Assembly (NCBI GenBank): GCA_030426295.1
Contig: JAUHYY010000002.1
Location: 1-35,326, forward strand
DNA from: a bacterium
Lineage (GTDB): Bacteria > Patescibacteriota > Gracilibacteria > UBA1369 > GCA-2718715
Length of the DNA: 35,326 bases
Direction: 5' to 3'
Shown: positions 8,065 to 16,998 of the stretch, one piece after another
Layout: the number at the start of each line of letters is the position of its first letter
Numbering within the stretch: position 1 is the stretch's first letter
The notes under the pieces: model-generated
Database searches by the model: none
What the model saw: only the letters and a program-made list of their open reading frames with translations
What the model was told of the DNA's origin: nothing
Translations under genes and position numbers: made by a program

Positions 8065-9163
8065 GCTTTGTCTTAATTATTTTAAGCCAGTCTGGATGAA
8101 CTAAATCTTTATCAGATGTATTGATTTGAATTTTATCACCAGTTTGAATTTTATATTTTATATCTACTTCTTTTTCCCCAACTTTAGCAGATTTTGTTTT
8201 GTTTCCAAGTCCACTATGAATCCGGTATGCGAAATCTAATATGGTTGCGCCATCATCAAGTATGTATATGTCGTTGTCTTGCGAAAAGAAATATACTCCT
8301 TTTTTAGCGTCTTCTTCCATTTTAGAGAAGTGGTCTAATACTTTTTGTTCTTTTTCACTTCTTAGTTTTGATTTTTTGTCTTTTGCGTATATCCAATGAG
8401 CTGCTAGACCGTTCTGAGAAAATTCGTGCATAGTCTTGGTTCGTATTTGAACTTCTATTGGAATATCTAAGTCATCGATCACTTTTGTAAGTCCAGTATG
8501 AAGACTTTGGTATCCATTTATTTTTGGGATAGTTATGTAGTCTTTAAAGAACTCCGTAATTGGCATGAAATTATCATGAAGTATGTTTAATACTTCGAAG
8601 CAGTCTTCTTGGTTGTTGTTGTTTACAATTATTCTGAATCCGAAAATATCTTTTAATTTTAGTACTTCTTTTTCTTTCTTAATTATTTTTGTATATATGC
8701 TGTGTATAGTCTTGTATCTGCCTATTAATTCGTAGTCTATTTTTGTTTCTTTGAGTATTGTATGGAGTTTTTCTGTTATTTTATCGATGATTATTTGTTC
8801 TCCGGCTTGGAATATTTTGAGTTTTTTACTGATCTCTTCGTATTCTTTTGGATTTGTGATTTTGAAACATATGTCATCGAGTTCTCTTTTTAGCGCGTGT
8901 ACACCGAATCTGTCACATAATGGTGAAAGTATATTTAGATATCTTTCAGCAAGTATTTTTTGATTTTTAGCACTTTCTTTATGTATTTCTTTCTGTAGTG
9001 CGTTTAAGAAGTCGAAAAATTCTTCTTTATGGTTTTTAAATTCCTCAAAGAAGTAGTTTGATAAAACTTCACGGTTTTTGCCCTTCTTGCGTGTGTTAAT
9101 CAAGAACATGCTCCAAGCCTTCTTTTTGTCAGGACTTACCTTTGTCATGTTTTGATTATCCAT
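8027..9163 (-). CDS. RelA/SpoT-homolog (p)ppGpp synthetase with TGS domain, lacking the HD hydrolase core and the C-terminal regulatory domains
   Basis: Synthetase motifs GRYKTIHSIYTKI, DIFGFRIIV, DYITIPKINGYQSLHT, EVQIRTKTMHEFSQNGLAAHWIYA. TGS: IYILDDGATILDFAYRIHSGLG…GDKIQI. Only the tail of the hydrolase domain is present (AERYLNILSPLCDRFGVHALKRELDDICF) and no HD motif. I chose the start at ATG 9163 (MDNQNMTK); the ORF track's 9223 start adds 20 implausible residues. The 3' end overlaps the sensor gene start by 38 nt. Confidence 0.8.
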   Translation of the reverse strand: MDNQNMTKVSPDKKKAWSMFLINTRKKGKNREVLSNYFFEEFKNHKEEFFDFLNALQKEIHKESAKNQKILAERYLNILSPLCDRFGVHALKRELDDICFKITNPKEYEEISKKLKIFQAGEQIIIDKITEKLHTILKETKIDYELIGRYKTIHSIYTKIIKKEKEVLKLKDIFGFRIIVNNNNQEDCFEVLNILHDNFMPITEFFKDYITIPKINGYQSLHTGLTKVIDDLDIPIEVQIRTKTMHEFSQNGLAAHWIYAKDKKSKLRSEKEQKVLDHFSKMEEDAKKGVYFFSQDNDIYILDDGATILDFAYRIHSGLGNKTKSAKVGEKEVDIKYKIQTGDKIQINTSDKDLVHPDWLKIIKTKHARKQIEESIKY

Positions 9164-9313
9164 TATTATGGTGATTTTGTAAAATAGGCATATAAATGTA
9201 CTCTTTTCTATTTGATTAATCAATGTTTTATGGCTTATTGAAGAGTTTTTTAGGTCTGTTTACTTTTGTTAGTTATGCAGTTAAAATTTTTTTAGTTATA
9301 TAATCATAATATT

Positions 9314-9448
9314 ATGAAAAAGTTAGTAGGATTATTTTTGGCAGTTAGTGTAATTGCTGTTGTTGGTTGTGCTGATGCTGGTAAAGCGAGTATCTATGAT
9401 GAGCCAATTTTAGGTGGTGAGTCGGTTGGTGCTGAAGTAAGTGAATAA
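9314..9448 (+). CDS. Small putative lipoprotein, 44 aa
   Basis: MKKLVGLFLAVSVIAVVGCADAGK…: signal peptide with lipobox VVGC, followed by a terminator hairpin. Below the ORF-track size cutoff. Confidence 0.45.
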   Translation: MKKLVGLFLAVSVIAVVGCADAGKASIYDEPILGGESVGAEVSE

Positions 9449-9470
9449 CGAATGGCTATTAGCTTATGTG

Positions 9471-9496
9471 AGCCGTCCGGTTGGGCGGCTTTTTTA
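9471..9496 (+). terminator. Rho-independent terminator
   Basis: AGCCGtCCggttGGgCGGCT followed by TTTTTTAT. Confidence 0.6.
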
Positions 9497-9592
9497 TGTT
9501 TCGTAATGTTTTTGATTGGTTTGCAAGTTGACATATTTGCACCAACTGTGTGTTTATCGTATGTTTGCTTCTTGATAATTTAATTTTTTAAA

Positions 9593-9904
9593 ATGGGAAT
9601 GGAAGGATTTGAGCAGTCAGATTCAGGTGCATATGTTGCAAGTTTTGAAGGCGTAGCTGATGCAGGTGAAGTTGCAGAATTAGCAGCACAAGAAGTAGGA
9701 CTTCAACTTACTGCTGTGCCAAGTGAAAGTAATAATGGTTATACTTACAGTAGGAGATTCGGCGGATTAGGTAATTCTGTAAGGCTACGAGTTACTGGTG
9801 ATCAAGTGAGAGTTGAAGCTACTCACGCACCGATGCAAGAGCCATCAGCTGTAACTAAGGATACTGCACAGAAAGTTAGATCTGTTTTGGTTGAATTGAC
9901 TTAG
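9593..9904 (+). CDS. Hypothetical acidic protein, 103 aa
   Basis: ORF with its own terminator. It looks richer in G/C-containing codons than its neighbours by eye. No recognisable motif. Confidence 0.55.
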   Translation: MGMEGFEQSDSGAYVASFEGVADAGEVAELAAQEVGLQLTAVPSESNNGYTYSRRFGGLGNSVRLRVTGDQVRVEATHAPMQEPSAVTKDTAQKVRSVLVELT

Positions 9905-9907
9905 TAC

Positions 9908-9940
9908 TAAAAAGCCGCCCTTTATCAGGCGGCTTTTTTA
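9908..9940. terminator. Bidirectional rho-independent terminator shared by convergent genes
   Basis: taaaaAGCCGCCctttatcaGGCGGCTtttttat between the stops of 9593..9904 (+) and 9961..10212 (-). Confidence 0.75.
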
Positions 9941-9960
9941 TTTAGTCGTTGAGAATGAAA

Positions 9961-10212
9961 CTAGTCTCTTGGTTTAGCTTCGTTTACTGTAAGCTCTCTT
10001 CCGTCTAGTTCTGTACCATTCATTGCTTCGATAGCTGCATCAGCTTCTTCGTCGTTAGTGAATGTTACGAAACCAAATCCTCGAGATCTTTTAGTTTCTC
10101 TGTCTTTAAGAACGTAAGCGTCCTCAACTGTACCGTATTCAGCAAATGCGTCTCGAAGCATATCGTCAGATACGTTCCAAGAGATATTACCTACAAATAG
10201 TTTTTTAGCCAT
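9961..10212 (-). CDS. RRM-type (RNP-1/RNP-2) RNA-binding protein, 83 aa
   Basis: RNP-2 KLFVGNI and RNP-1 RGFGFVTF in canonical spacing. Single-RRM architecture, as in bacterial Rbp proteins. Confidence 0.9.
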   Translation of the reverse strand: MAKKLFVGNISWNVSDDMLRDAFAEYGTVEDAYVLKDRETKRSRGFGFVTFTNDEEADAAIEAMNGTELDGRELTVNEAKPRD

Positions 10213-10307
10213 GAAATCTTGGGTTAAATAATATGGAGATCATGCGCGGGCCGTTAACTCCATATAATATTTAACTGGAAATAACTGTCCTAACTGCACT
10301 GAACCTA

Positions 10308-11102
10308 CTACTTTTTGCTTGGTAAAGCAATATTTCTTTTGTAATAAAGGTTTCCGGCGATGAATAATCCAACCACTCCAGTGAGCATTGTAATTTCTGG
10401 GTTATATGTTTCTGGGTTTACATTTCTTACCATCACTCCAATTAAAGCCCATAAAATTGTTAGTCCGTATATTACGCTGTATCTGTTCTTATTGATTACG
10501 TATGTAGCTAAAGTACCAAGTCCGAGTAAGATTAAGACTGTCCAAACCTTTTCTGGTAAAAGCCAATTAGCGTAGCCTGTCGAGCTCATAACGGCTTGTA
10601 AGTTTACGAATGTTGCAGCCGTTAGCCATCCTGCGAAAAGGCTGAAGGGGATCAGAATGTAGTAGGCTTCTTGGTCTTTTAGTTTTTTCTTTTTGTTTAT
10701 GTCGAAGAAAGCAGTTAGAGCAGATATTAGAATTACGACTATACAAGCAAATGTAAGCCATAGCTGATCATTACGAGCTAGTACTAGCCAAAGTGATGTT
10801 CCAAGGAAGCAAATTGCTGTAAAAAATCCGATTTCTCTAAGGAGTTTGTTTTTTCTTTGTTTTTTTCCAGCTTGGTAGATCCCGTAAATTATCGTTGCTA
10901 GGTAGATAGGTCCCCAAATTGAGAATGCGTAAGTTGCTGGAACAATTGGAGGATCTACGAATCCGTCTGCTGTTGATGCTCCGAAATCCATTCCGTTACC
11001 GAATAAAATTATGCTTACTACTACTTGAAAAATGGCTAGTAGTAGGTTTGCGTACTGTCTTAGGTAGTCATGAAATTTTTGTTTTTGTGCTTTTTTAAAC
11101 AT
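10308..11102 (-). CDS. Polytopic integral membrane protein, possibly TspO/MBR-related
   Basis: About 7 hydrophobic segments. PATYAFSIWGPIYLATIIYGIYQ and FSLFAGWLTAATFVNL resemble TspO/MBR-type Trp-rich helices. The family assignment is tentative. Confidence 0.6.
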   Translation of the reverse strand: MFKKAQKQKFHDYLRQYANLLLAIFQVVVSIILFGNGMDFGASTADGFVDPPIVPATYAFSIWGPIYLATIIYGIYQAGKKQRKNKLLREIGFFTAICFLGTSLWLVLARNDQLWLTFACIVVILISALTAFFDINKKKKLKDQEAYYILIPFSLFAGWLTAATFVNLQAVMSSTGYANWLLPEKVWTVLILLGLGTLATYVINKNRYSVIYGLTILWALIGVMVRNVNPETYNPEITMLTGVVGLFIAGNLYYKRNIALPSKK

Positions 11103-11263
11103 ATCTAAAAGTCAAAGTTGCAGAAATTATATCAGTAGATTGGCTAGGGTATAAGGTTTATCCGATTGACAAATTGCTGTGTCTAGTTCTTGGTCGTTCG
11201 CTAAGTTCTTCAGTTTTGTCCTTATTTGTGCTATAATTCTTGGATATATTTGATTAAGAGCCC

Positions 11264-12127
11264 TTGAAACGACATCTTAAAAATTTATTTATTCCGCATC
11301 ATGGAAATGGATTTCATCCGCATTTGTTTCATAGAAAGCGTTTGATAGGTTATGGTCTTTCGCTAGCCTTTATAAAAGTTTTTTTAGTTTCTTTAGTGCT
11401 GTTTGTGCCTATGGATGTTTATTCTTCGCCTGTTTTTCTTCAGGAGGAAAAAATGAGAATTATTGAGCTTATTAATGAAAAACGTGATGAATTAGGGGTG
11501 CCGAAAGTTGATATCCACGATAAGTTGAATAGATCTTCTTATGCCAAAGCTAAAGATATGTCTGCAGAGAGCTATTTTAGTCATAAAGGACCAAATGGTG
11601 AAAGCTTGAAAGGTTATCTTGATTATGTAGGTTATGATTTTATTTTAGCAGGTGAAAATTTGGCAGTTGGTTTTTATAACGCTCAAGATATTGTTGATGC
11701 CTGGGTGGATAGTCCAAGTCATTATGAAAATCTTATTGAAGAGGGATATCAAGACACTGGTTTAGCAGTACATAGTGGGGTTTATAAGAATAAGCAGACT
11801 TTTTTTGTGGTTAGTCATTATGGGCAACCTGTTGATGGTAACTGGCATTCTTCTGCTACATCTAACGAGGGTAGTTATGTTTTAGGTGAAGAAATTTCTA
11901 AGCCTGGATTCTATGCTAAGACGAAATATTACTTAGCTAAGAACACATTCTTTGAACCAATTAAAAAAGTTGTTGATACAAGTAATATTTTAAGTCTGAT
12001 TTTTATTATAATTTTTGGAGTTACATTTATGTTAAACATTATTGTTGAATATAAAACTCAGCATATACATGTTATTCGTGATTCTGCTTTGCTTATTATA
12101 ATGCTTTTTATTCTGTATATGCTTTAA
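11264..12127 (+). CDS. CAP/SCP (PR-1-like, YkwD-type) domain protein with N- and C-terminal TM anchors
   Basis: INEKRDELGVPKV…SAESYFSHKGPNGES…AGENLAVGF…DIVDAWVDSPSHYENL matches the CAP-domain signature (…GEN…W..S.gH..N…). TTG start as given by the track. Confidence 0.75.
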   Translation: MKRHLKNLFIPHHGNGFHPHLFHRKRLIGYGLSLAFIKVFLVSLVLFVPMDVYSSPVFLQEEKMRIIELINEKRDELGVPKVDIHDKLNRSSYAKAKDMSAESYFSHKGPNGESLKGYLDYVGYDFILAGENLAVGFYNAQDIVDAWVDSPSHYENLIEEGYQDTGLAVHSGVYKNKQTFFVVSHYGQPVDGNWHSSATSNEGSYVLGEEISKPGFYAKTKYYLAKNTFFEPIKKVVDTSNILSLIFIIIFGVTFMLNIIVEYKTQHIHVIRDSALLIIMLFILYML

Positions 12128-12157
12128 ATATAATAAAGGTAAAATTTATTCGAAATC

Positions 12158-12625
12158 ATGGATCATAAGATTTTTTTAGAGAAAAGTTTAGATATTGCTC
12201 TTGCAAGTGCAGAGCAGGGAAGCGGTCCCTTTGGTTGTGTAATAGTTAAGGATGGCGAAATAATTGCTGAAGGCCACAATCAGGTAACTGAACTTAATGA
12301 TCCAACTGCTCATGCAGAAGTTCAAGCGATTAGAGCTGCGTGTAAGTATTTAGGTTCTTATCAACTTGATGGGTGTGTGGTCTATTCTAGTTGTATGCCT
12401 TGTCCTCAATGTTTAGGCGCACTTTATTGGGCTCGTCCAGAAAAGGTTTACTATGTTAATACAGCAGAAGAGGCTAGTGCGGCTGGATTTGATGATTCAT
12501 TTATATATGAGGAAATGTGTGGAGCTGGCATGGGTGGTAAGTTCGATTTAGAGCGGTTGTTAGTTGATAATGATCTGAGAGCGTTTGAAGCCTGGGAATC
12601 TAATCCTGATAAAAAATTATATTAG
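12158..12625 (+). CDS. CDA-fold nucleoside/nucleobase deaminase (GuaD / TadA-like, guanine deaminase-type)
   Basis: Zinc motifs HAEVQAI and PCPQCLGAL. The 155-aa size and FGCVIVKDGEIIAEGHN fit the GuaD-like subgroup. Confidence 0.85.
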   Translation: MDHKIFLEKSLDIALASAEQGSGPFGCVIVKDGEIIAEGHNQVTELNDPTAHAEVQAIRAACKYLGSYQLDGCVVYSSCMPCPQCLGALYWARPEKVYYVNTAEEASAAGFDDSFIYEEMCGAGMGGKFDLERLLVDNDLRAFEAWESNPDKKLY

Positions 12626-12688
12626 TTGCGTGAAATTAAGATGATTGAGCTTAAGAAGAAGAGTGGTGAGAATTTAGAGTAGGGTGAT

Positions 12689-13594
12689 TTATAGCAGTTT
12701 TATTATCAAGGGCACAGTGCCTATACACATTATTGTGCTAATTAGAATAGAACTGGCTGGCTGTTGATCGTCGATTCCAAAAAGTATAGCAAATGTAGCA
12801 GTGTTTGCAGCTATTGGTGCAGTTGATAGAATTAGAAGAAGCATGTGAGTTTCTTGTGTATATAAATTTAAGAAAGATTTATCGAGTTTTATTAATAATA
12901 ATATTATTGCCGGCCAGAGTATGAATTTATTTATTAGGCTTAAAGATATGAACTTATAATCAAGTTTTTTAAATCTAGTTTTTGTTAAAACTATTCCTAT
13001 TATCATCATTCCAAGTACTGAATATGTGGCTTTGAATATGTTGGAGAGTTCAAGAATATTAGAGCTAAGTCTTATGTTTAGTTTCTGAAGTATTAGAGCA
13101 AAAGTTATTGAATATATTAGAGGGTGTTTTATTACTTTCTTTAGTGCATCTTTTGGTTCTGAATGCCCCATAGCTGTTATATAAAAACCTATGGTGTTTT
13201 CGTATAATACGAATCCAGTTATACATATAATGGCGATTGAAAATGCTTGTTCTCCAAGAAGGGAAAGAATTACTGGTAGTCCAAAGTAGCCTACATTTCC
13301 TGTTCCGGCGCTAAAGCTAAGGATGTTTTTTAGCGGATCGTTTTTGTATATTTGTGAGGTTATTTTTAATGAAGTTATCGCGATTATGCTTGAGGTACAA
13401 AATATTGTTAGGCTTAGTAATATATATTTTGGGCTGAATTCCATTGTGTAAATTCCAAAGAAACTTACCGCTGGAGTTAGTATATAAACTAGGATTTTAC
13501 TTATTGTTTCTTTGTCTAGGTTTAGATGTTTTGCAGATATGTAGCCAAGTAGTATAAGCAAATAGAACGGAATTAATTTTGGTAGAAGATTCAT
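12689..13594 (-). CDS. AEC (auxin efflux carrier) family transporter
   Basis: About 10 TM segments, an N-terminus (LIPFYLLILLGYISAK) typical of AEC/membrane transport proteins, and a two-halves organisation. Confidence 0.75.
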   Translation of the reverse strand: MNLLPKLIPFYLLILLGYISAKHLNLDKETISKILVYILTPAVSFFGIYTMEFSPKYILLSLTIFCTSSIIAITSLKITSQIYKNDPLKNILSFSAGTGNVGYFGLPVILSLLGEQAFSIAIICITGFVLYENTIGFYITAMGHSEPKDALKKVIKHPLIYSITFALILQKLNIRLSSNILELSNIFKATYSVLGMMIIGIVLTKTRFKKLDYKFISLSLINKFILWPAIILLLIKLDKSFLNLYTQETHMLLLILSTAPIAANTATFAILFGIDDQQPASSILISTIMCIGTVPLIIKLL

Positions 13595-13595
13595 A

Positions 13596-14195
13596 TTATT
13601 GGGAAGTTACAAGTGGATATCTTCTATTGAACTGAGTTTCGATGTGCTTTGCTGCATAGAATTCTGCGAGTTTTTTCAGTAGTACGCCCACGAGTGTTGG
13701 GGTGTCTGGGAGTTCTTCGTTTTGTTTCATGGTTGCAAGTTCCTCTAGAATTGTTGCGAGGTTTGCACGATCAAAACATTCGCTATAAAGTTCGATTTCA
13801 TCTTGGCGACTTAGGTCGAATTTTTCTTTTAAATTTTTGTAGTTTTCGCCAGAAGTGCTTATTTGCGTGTGTTTGGCATAAGTGAAAGGGTTTAGAATTT
13901 CTGTGATATTGAATATCCCATATTTACCTTTGGGAAGGGTCGCGTTTAGAAGTAGTATCGCGTATTCTTCAAGGGGGGTCAGTGCTTCTAGATGTAGTTC
14001 TCTAAAGTATGTCCAAGCCATTTCTGCTTTGGTAGGTTCTCGTTCTAGAGACGACCCATTTGCTTCGATTCGATTTCGAGTCATTGCTGAAATCTCAGCA
14101 ATATTTTTTTGCTCGAATTTTTCAATAGTTCGAGCAGTGAGTTCTTGTGCTTCGGCTTCTAGTCTTTCTAGTGCCTTCTTTGTTCTTCTTTTCAT
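13596..14195 (-). CDS. Hypothetical soluble helical protein, 199 aa
   Basis: ORF ends 1 nt before the AEC transporter start, so it is probably co-transcribed. No recognisable motif. Confidence 0.55.
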   Translation of the reverse strand: MKRRTKKALERLEAEAQELTARTIEKFEQKNIAEISAMTRNRIEANGSSLEREPTKAEMAWTYFRELHLEALTPLEEYAILLLNATLPKGKYGIFNITEILNPFTYAKHTQISTSGENYKNLKEKFDLSRQDEIELYSECFDRANLATILEELATMKQNEELPDTPTLVGVLLKKLAEFYAAKHIETQFNRRYPLVTSQ

Positions 14196-14285
14196 ATTAA
14201 AAAGATTAAATGTTACGTGGACATATAATCTTAATGCTGTTAATGTTTCAATGCGGCGGTCGTTTTCGCCAGTTTAATTATCAAA

Positions 14286-15050
14286 ATGGAGTCAGTAGAT
14301 AAAGTTTTAGCGGGGATTGGTTTGCATAGATTTGAAGTTAAGATCTACCTATATCTGCTTAGCAAAGGTGAGCAGCCAGCTTCGGTGGTTTCGAAAAGTT
14401 TAAAGATACCAAGGTCGACTAGTCGAGGTATACTTGATCGCTTATGTGAAAGAGGTTTCGTTGAAAAGGTGTATAAAAAGAACACTCAATATTACTTGTG
14501 TAAGCCGCCAGAATATTTAGTTGGTTATTTAGAAAGAAGCATTGAAAAATCGAAGTCGAGTATAGAAAAAGTTAAAGAACAGATGCCGCTTTTGAGTTCG
14601 TATTTTGAAAAAAGTAGTATCGCCCCTAAGGTAAGGGTTTTTGAGGGGCCTGATCAGGTTATTGAAGCTTTTAATTTGAGTCTATTTGAAGAAGGAGTTG
14701 AAGAGATTTTGATTTTCACTTCATATGAGTTTTTAAAGAATCCTTTGATTCGAAAAAATGATGATGATTTTTATATTAAGCAGCGTGTAAAAAGGGGGAT
14801 TCAAGCACGTGTTTTAGTTGGTAAAACTAATGAATCTTCTAAATTGGTAAAAGTAGCGCCCAAAGAGTTACGTGAAAGAAGGTTTATTCCTGATAAGTAT
14901 CAGCTGCCGGGGAACATCCATATTTATAGTGATTATGTTTTGTATTTCTCGACTATTGATGATGAGTATATTGCAGTGCTTGTTGAGGGGGCTATGATGG
15001 CAAATACTATGAAGACCTTATTTGAGTTTATGTGGGATAATGTTGGGTGA
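14286..15050 (+). CDS. TrmB-family transcriptional regulator
   Basis: N-terminal winged HTH LHRFEVKIYLYLLSKGEQPASVVSKSLKIPRSTSRGILDRLCERGFVEK plus a C-terminal effector-type domain. Divergent from 13596..14195. Confidence 0.75.
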   Translation: MESVDKVLAGIGLHRFEVKIYLYLLSKGEQPASVVSKSLKIPRSTSRGILDRLCERGFVEKVYKKNTQYYLCKPPEYLVGYLERSIEKSKSSIEKVKEQMPLLSSYFEKSSIAPKVRVFEGPDQVIEAFNLSLFEEGVEEILIFTSYEFLKNPLIRKNDDDFYIKQRVKRGIQARVLVGKTNESSKLVKVAPKELRERRFIPDKYQLPGNIHIYSDYVLYFSTIDDEYIAVLVEGAMMANTMKTLFEFMWDNVG

Positions 15051-15247
15051 ATAGAGTGAGGTACTTAGATTGTTGTATATGTAATTGCTACTCTAAATTT
15101 TTTTGGAGGTAGGTTTAGAGTTTAAGAAAAGGCACTATTTGAAAGATTTGGGTGATAGGAGGTGGTTGGTTGAGGAGGTTTATTTGGTGGAGAGGTAGAT
15201 AATTAGATAATTAGTTATAATTATTTGATACATTTTAATACAAAACT

Positions 15248-15547
15248 ATGGGAACACCAGAAACAAGAAGCAATTTTGAAGATAATGTTGAGTTAAATAA
15301 AAGGATGACTTTTGATGAGGCGGTAGAAGTACTAGCTGATTTTCATGGAGCTCCTTCGGAAAATGTCGTTCGTGCATTTACTTTCACTTTAGGAAGAGCT
15401 GAAGATGGGGATCAATTTGAATATCAGGAATCTTTTTATAGAGGTGAAAATCATTTAAAAATTGTTGCTTTTTCTTCGGATGGTACTAAGAGAGCAGATA
15501 CATATATATATAAATATACGGGTCAGCCAATGGCTAAAATTAGCTAA
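15248..15547 (+). CDS. Hypothetical acidic protein, 99 aa
   Basis: ORF preceded by TATAAT (15216-15221). No recognisable motif. Last gene before the island boundary. Confidence 0.5.
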   Translation: MGTPETRSNFEDNVELNKRMTFDEAVEVLADFHGAPSENVVRAFTFTLGRAEDGDQFEYQESFYRGENHLKIVAFSSDGTKRADTYIYKYTGQPMAKIS

Positions 15548-15565
15548 ACTAAGACAAAAACTATG

Positions 15566-15611
15566 TGGAGCCACCGACGAGAGTTGAACTCGTGACCTTC
15601 ACCTTACCATG
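15566..15611 (-). repeat. Distal att repeat: displaced 3' part of tRNA-Thr (anticodon loop to CCA)
   Basis: tggagccaccgacgagagttgaactcgtgaccttcaccttaccatg is identical to 21940-21985 and lacks the tRNA 5' half. Confidence 0.85.
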
Positions 15612-15711
15612 TATAAAGGGTCTATTTAATAACTAGTATTTACCTTTAGTAAGCCGATATGTAGGCTCGGGTGGTAGAAATTGAGTTCTGTCTCGAGGGG
15701 TACACCCGTGT
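15603..15711. repeat. 109-nt direct repeat, copy 1 (att core CTTACCAT plus ~100-nt arm)
   Basis: Aligns without gaps to 17087-17195 with about 10 substitutions by hand alignment. Starts with the anticodon-loop core and ends with GAGGGGTACACCCGTGT. Confidence 0.8.
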
Positions 15712-15769
15712 TGAAATTAGCTTAGTTAAAAATGAGTGTAATTTCAAACTAAACTGGTAAACTTATATT

Positions 15770-15907
15770 ATGAATAATTCACCTAAGAAATTAGATAGAA
15801 AAGTAGTTTACGAAAGTGATTGGGGTATTGGAGGTTCGATATTGACTATATTTGTTTGCTCTGGTTTTTTATGCAATGTAGTATTCTTTCGTATTGATTT
15901 ATTTTGA
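15770..15907 (+). CDS. Possible 45-aa small ORF upstream of fic (one hydrophobic segment)
   Basis: ATG 15770, TGA 15905-15907, ending 2 nt before the fic ATG. MNNSPKKLDRKVVYESDWGIGGSILTIFVCSGFLCNVVFFRIDLF. No homology recognised. Confidence 0.2.
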   Translation: MNNSPKKLDRKVVYESDWGIGGSILTIFVCSGFLCNVVFFRIDLF

Positions 15908-15909
15908 TT

Positions 15910-16998
15910 ATGAAACCATTTAAATTATCGAAATTACCGCTTAACAGTTTAGATTGGGAGAAATTTGTTCATCTTATTGGTAAGGCTAATGCAGAGGTGG
16001 CTAGATTTGATGGTTTACTTCAAAGTATGCCAAATCCTGCAGTTTTACTTTCACCGCTAAGTACAAGAGAGGCGGTTTTGTCTTCCAAAATTGAAGGTAC
16101 ACAGGCGACCTTACGAGAAGTATTTGAGTATGAAGCTCAGATGGAAGGTGATGTACGTCGATATGGTGACATTCAAGAGGTTTTGAATTATAGGAAAGCT
16201 ATGAATTTTGCAATTCAAGAGTTAAAAAAAACGCCTTTGTCTACTAGGGTTATAAAGAAAATACATGAGATTCTTATGAATAGTGTTAGAGGTGAAAATA
16301 AGAATCCAGGTAACTTTAGAAAGATTCAAGTTTGGATAGGTAAATCTGGTACAACTCTTGAAACTGCAAGTTATGTTCCTCCTAGTCCTGATGATTTGCC
16401 TGATCTAATGTCTGATTTAGATAAATATTTTCATATTGATGAAAAAGATGTTCTTGTACAATTGGCAATTGTTCATGCCCAGTTTGAGTTAATTCATCCA
16501 TTTTTAGATGGTAACGGTAGAGTTGGTCGTATTCTTATGCCTTTATTTCTTTACTATAAAGATATTCTTTCGTCACCAATGTTTTATTTGAGTGAATATT
16601 TTGAAAGTGATAGAGATGGTTATTATAGTGCTCTTCAAGGTATTTCAGAAAATGGTGATTGGGAAGGATGGATAGAGTATTTTTTGAATGCAGTAATAGA
16701 TCAATCGAAACAAAATATTGAAAAGGCAAAAGCTATACATAAATTGTATGATGTTAAGAAAGAGAAGATAGCAACTTTAACTAGATCAAGATTTGCTATC
16801 AAAACATTGGACTTTATTTTTTCAGTTCCAATTTTTACAACTACTCAATTTAGGGAAAGTTCTGGCGTTCCAAAAGCGAGCACTTCTAGAATGTTAGATG
16901 CTTTAGAAAAGGGTGCAGTTCTCAAAGTTATTCGAGAAAGTGCTGGTAACCAACCTAAGACGTATGCATTTACAAAGTTATTGGACTTAGTTAACTAA
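15910..16998 (+). CDS. fic: Fic-domain protein (AMPylase-type; Fic_N + Fic + C-terminal winged helix), class II auto-inhibited
   Basis: Canonical Fic motif HPFLDGNGRVGRIL (HxFx[DE]GNGRxxR). N-terminal inhibitory motif SSKIEG (S/TxxxE[GN]). C-terminal wHTH (SSGVPKASTSRMLDALEKGAVLK). ATG at 15910 preferred over the track's TTG at 15904. Confidence 0.85.
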   Translation: MKPFKLSKLPLNSLDWEKFVHLIGKANAEVARFDGLLQSMPNPAVLLSPLSTREAVLSSKIEGTQATLREVFEYEAQMEGDVRRYGDIQEVLNYRKAMNFAIQELKKTPLSTRVIKKIHEILMNSVRGENKNPGNFRKIQVWIGKSGTTLETASYVPPSPDDLPDLMSDLDKYFHIDEKDVLVQLAIVHAQFELIHPFLDGNGRVGRILMPLFLYYKDILSSPMFYLSEYFESDRDGYYSALQGISENGDWEGWIEYFLNAVIDQSKQNIEKAKAIHKLYDVKKEKIATLTRSRFAIKTLDFIFSVPIFTTTQFRESSGVPKASTSRMLDALEKGAVLKVIRESAGNQPKTYAFTKLLDLVN

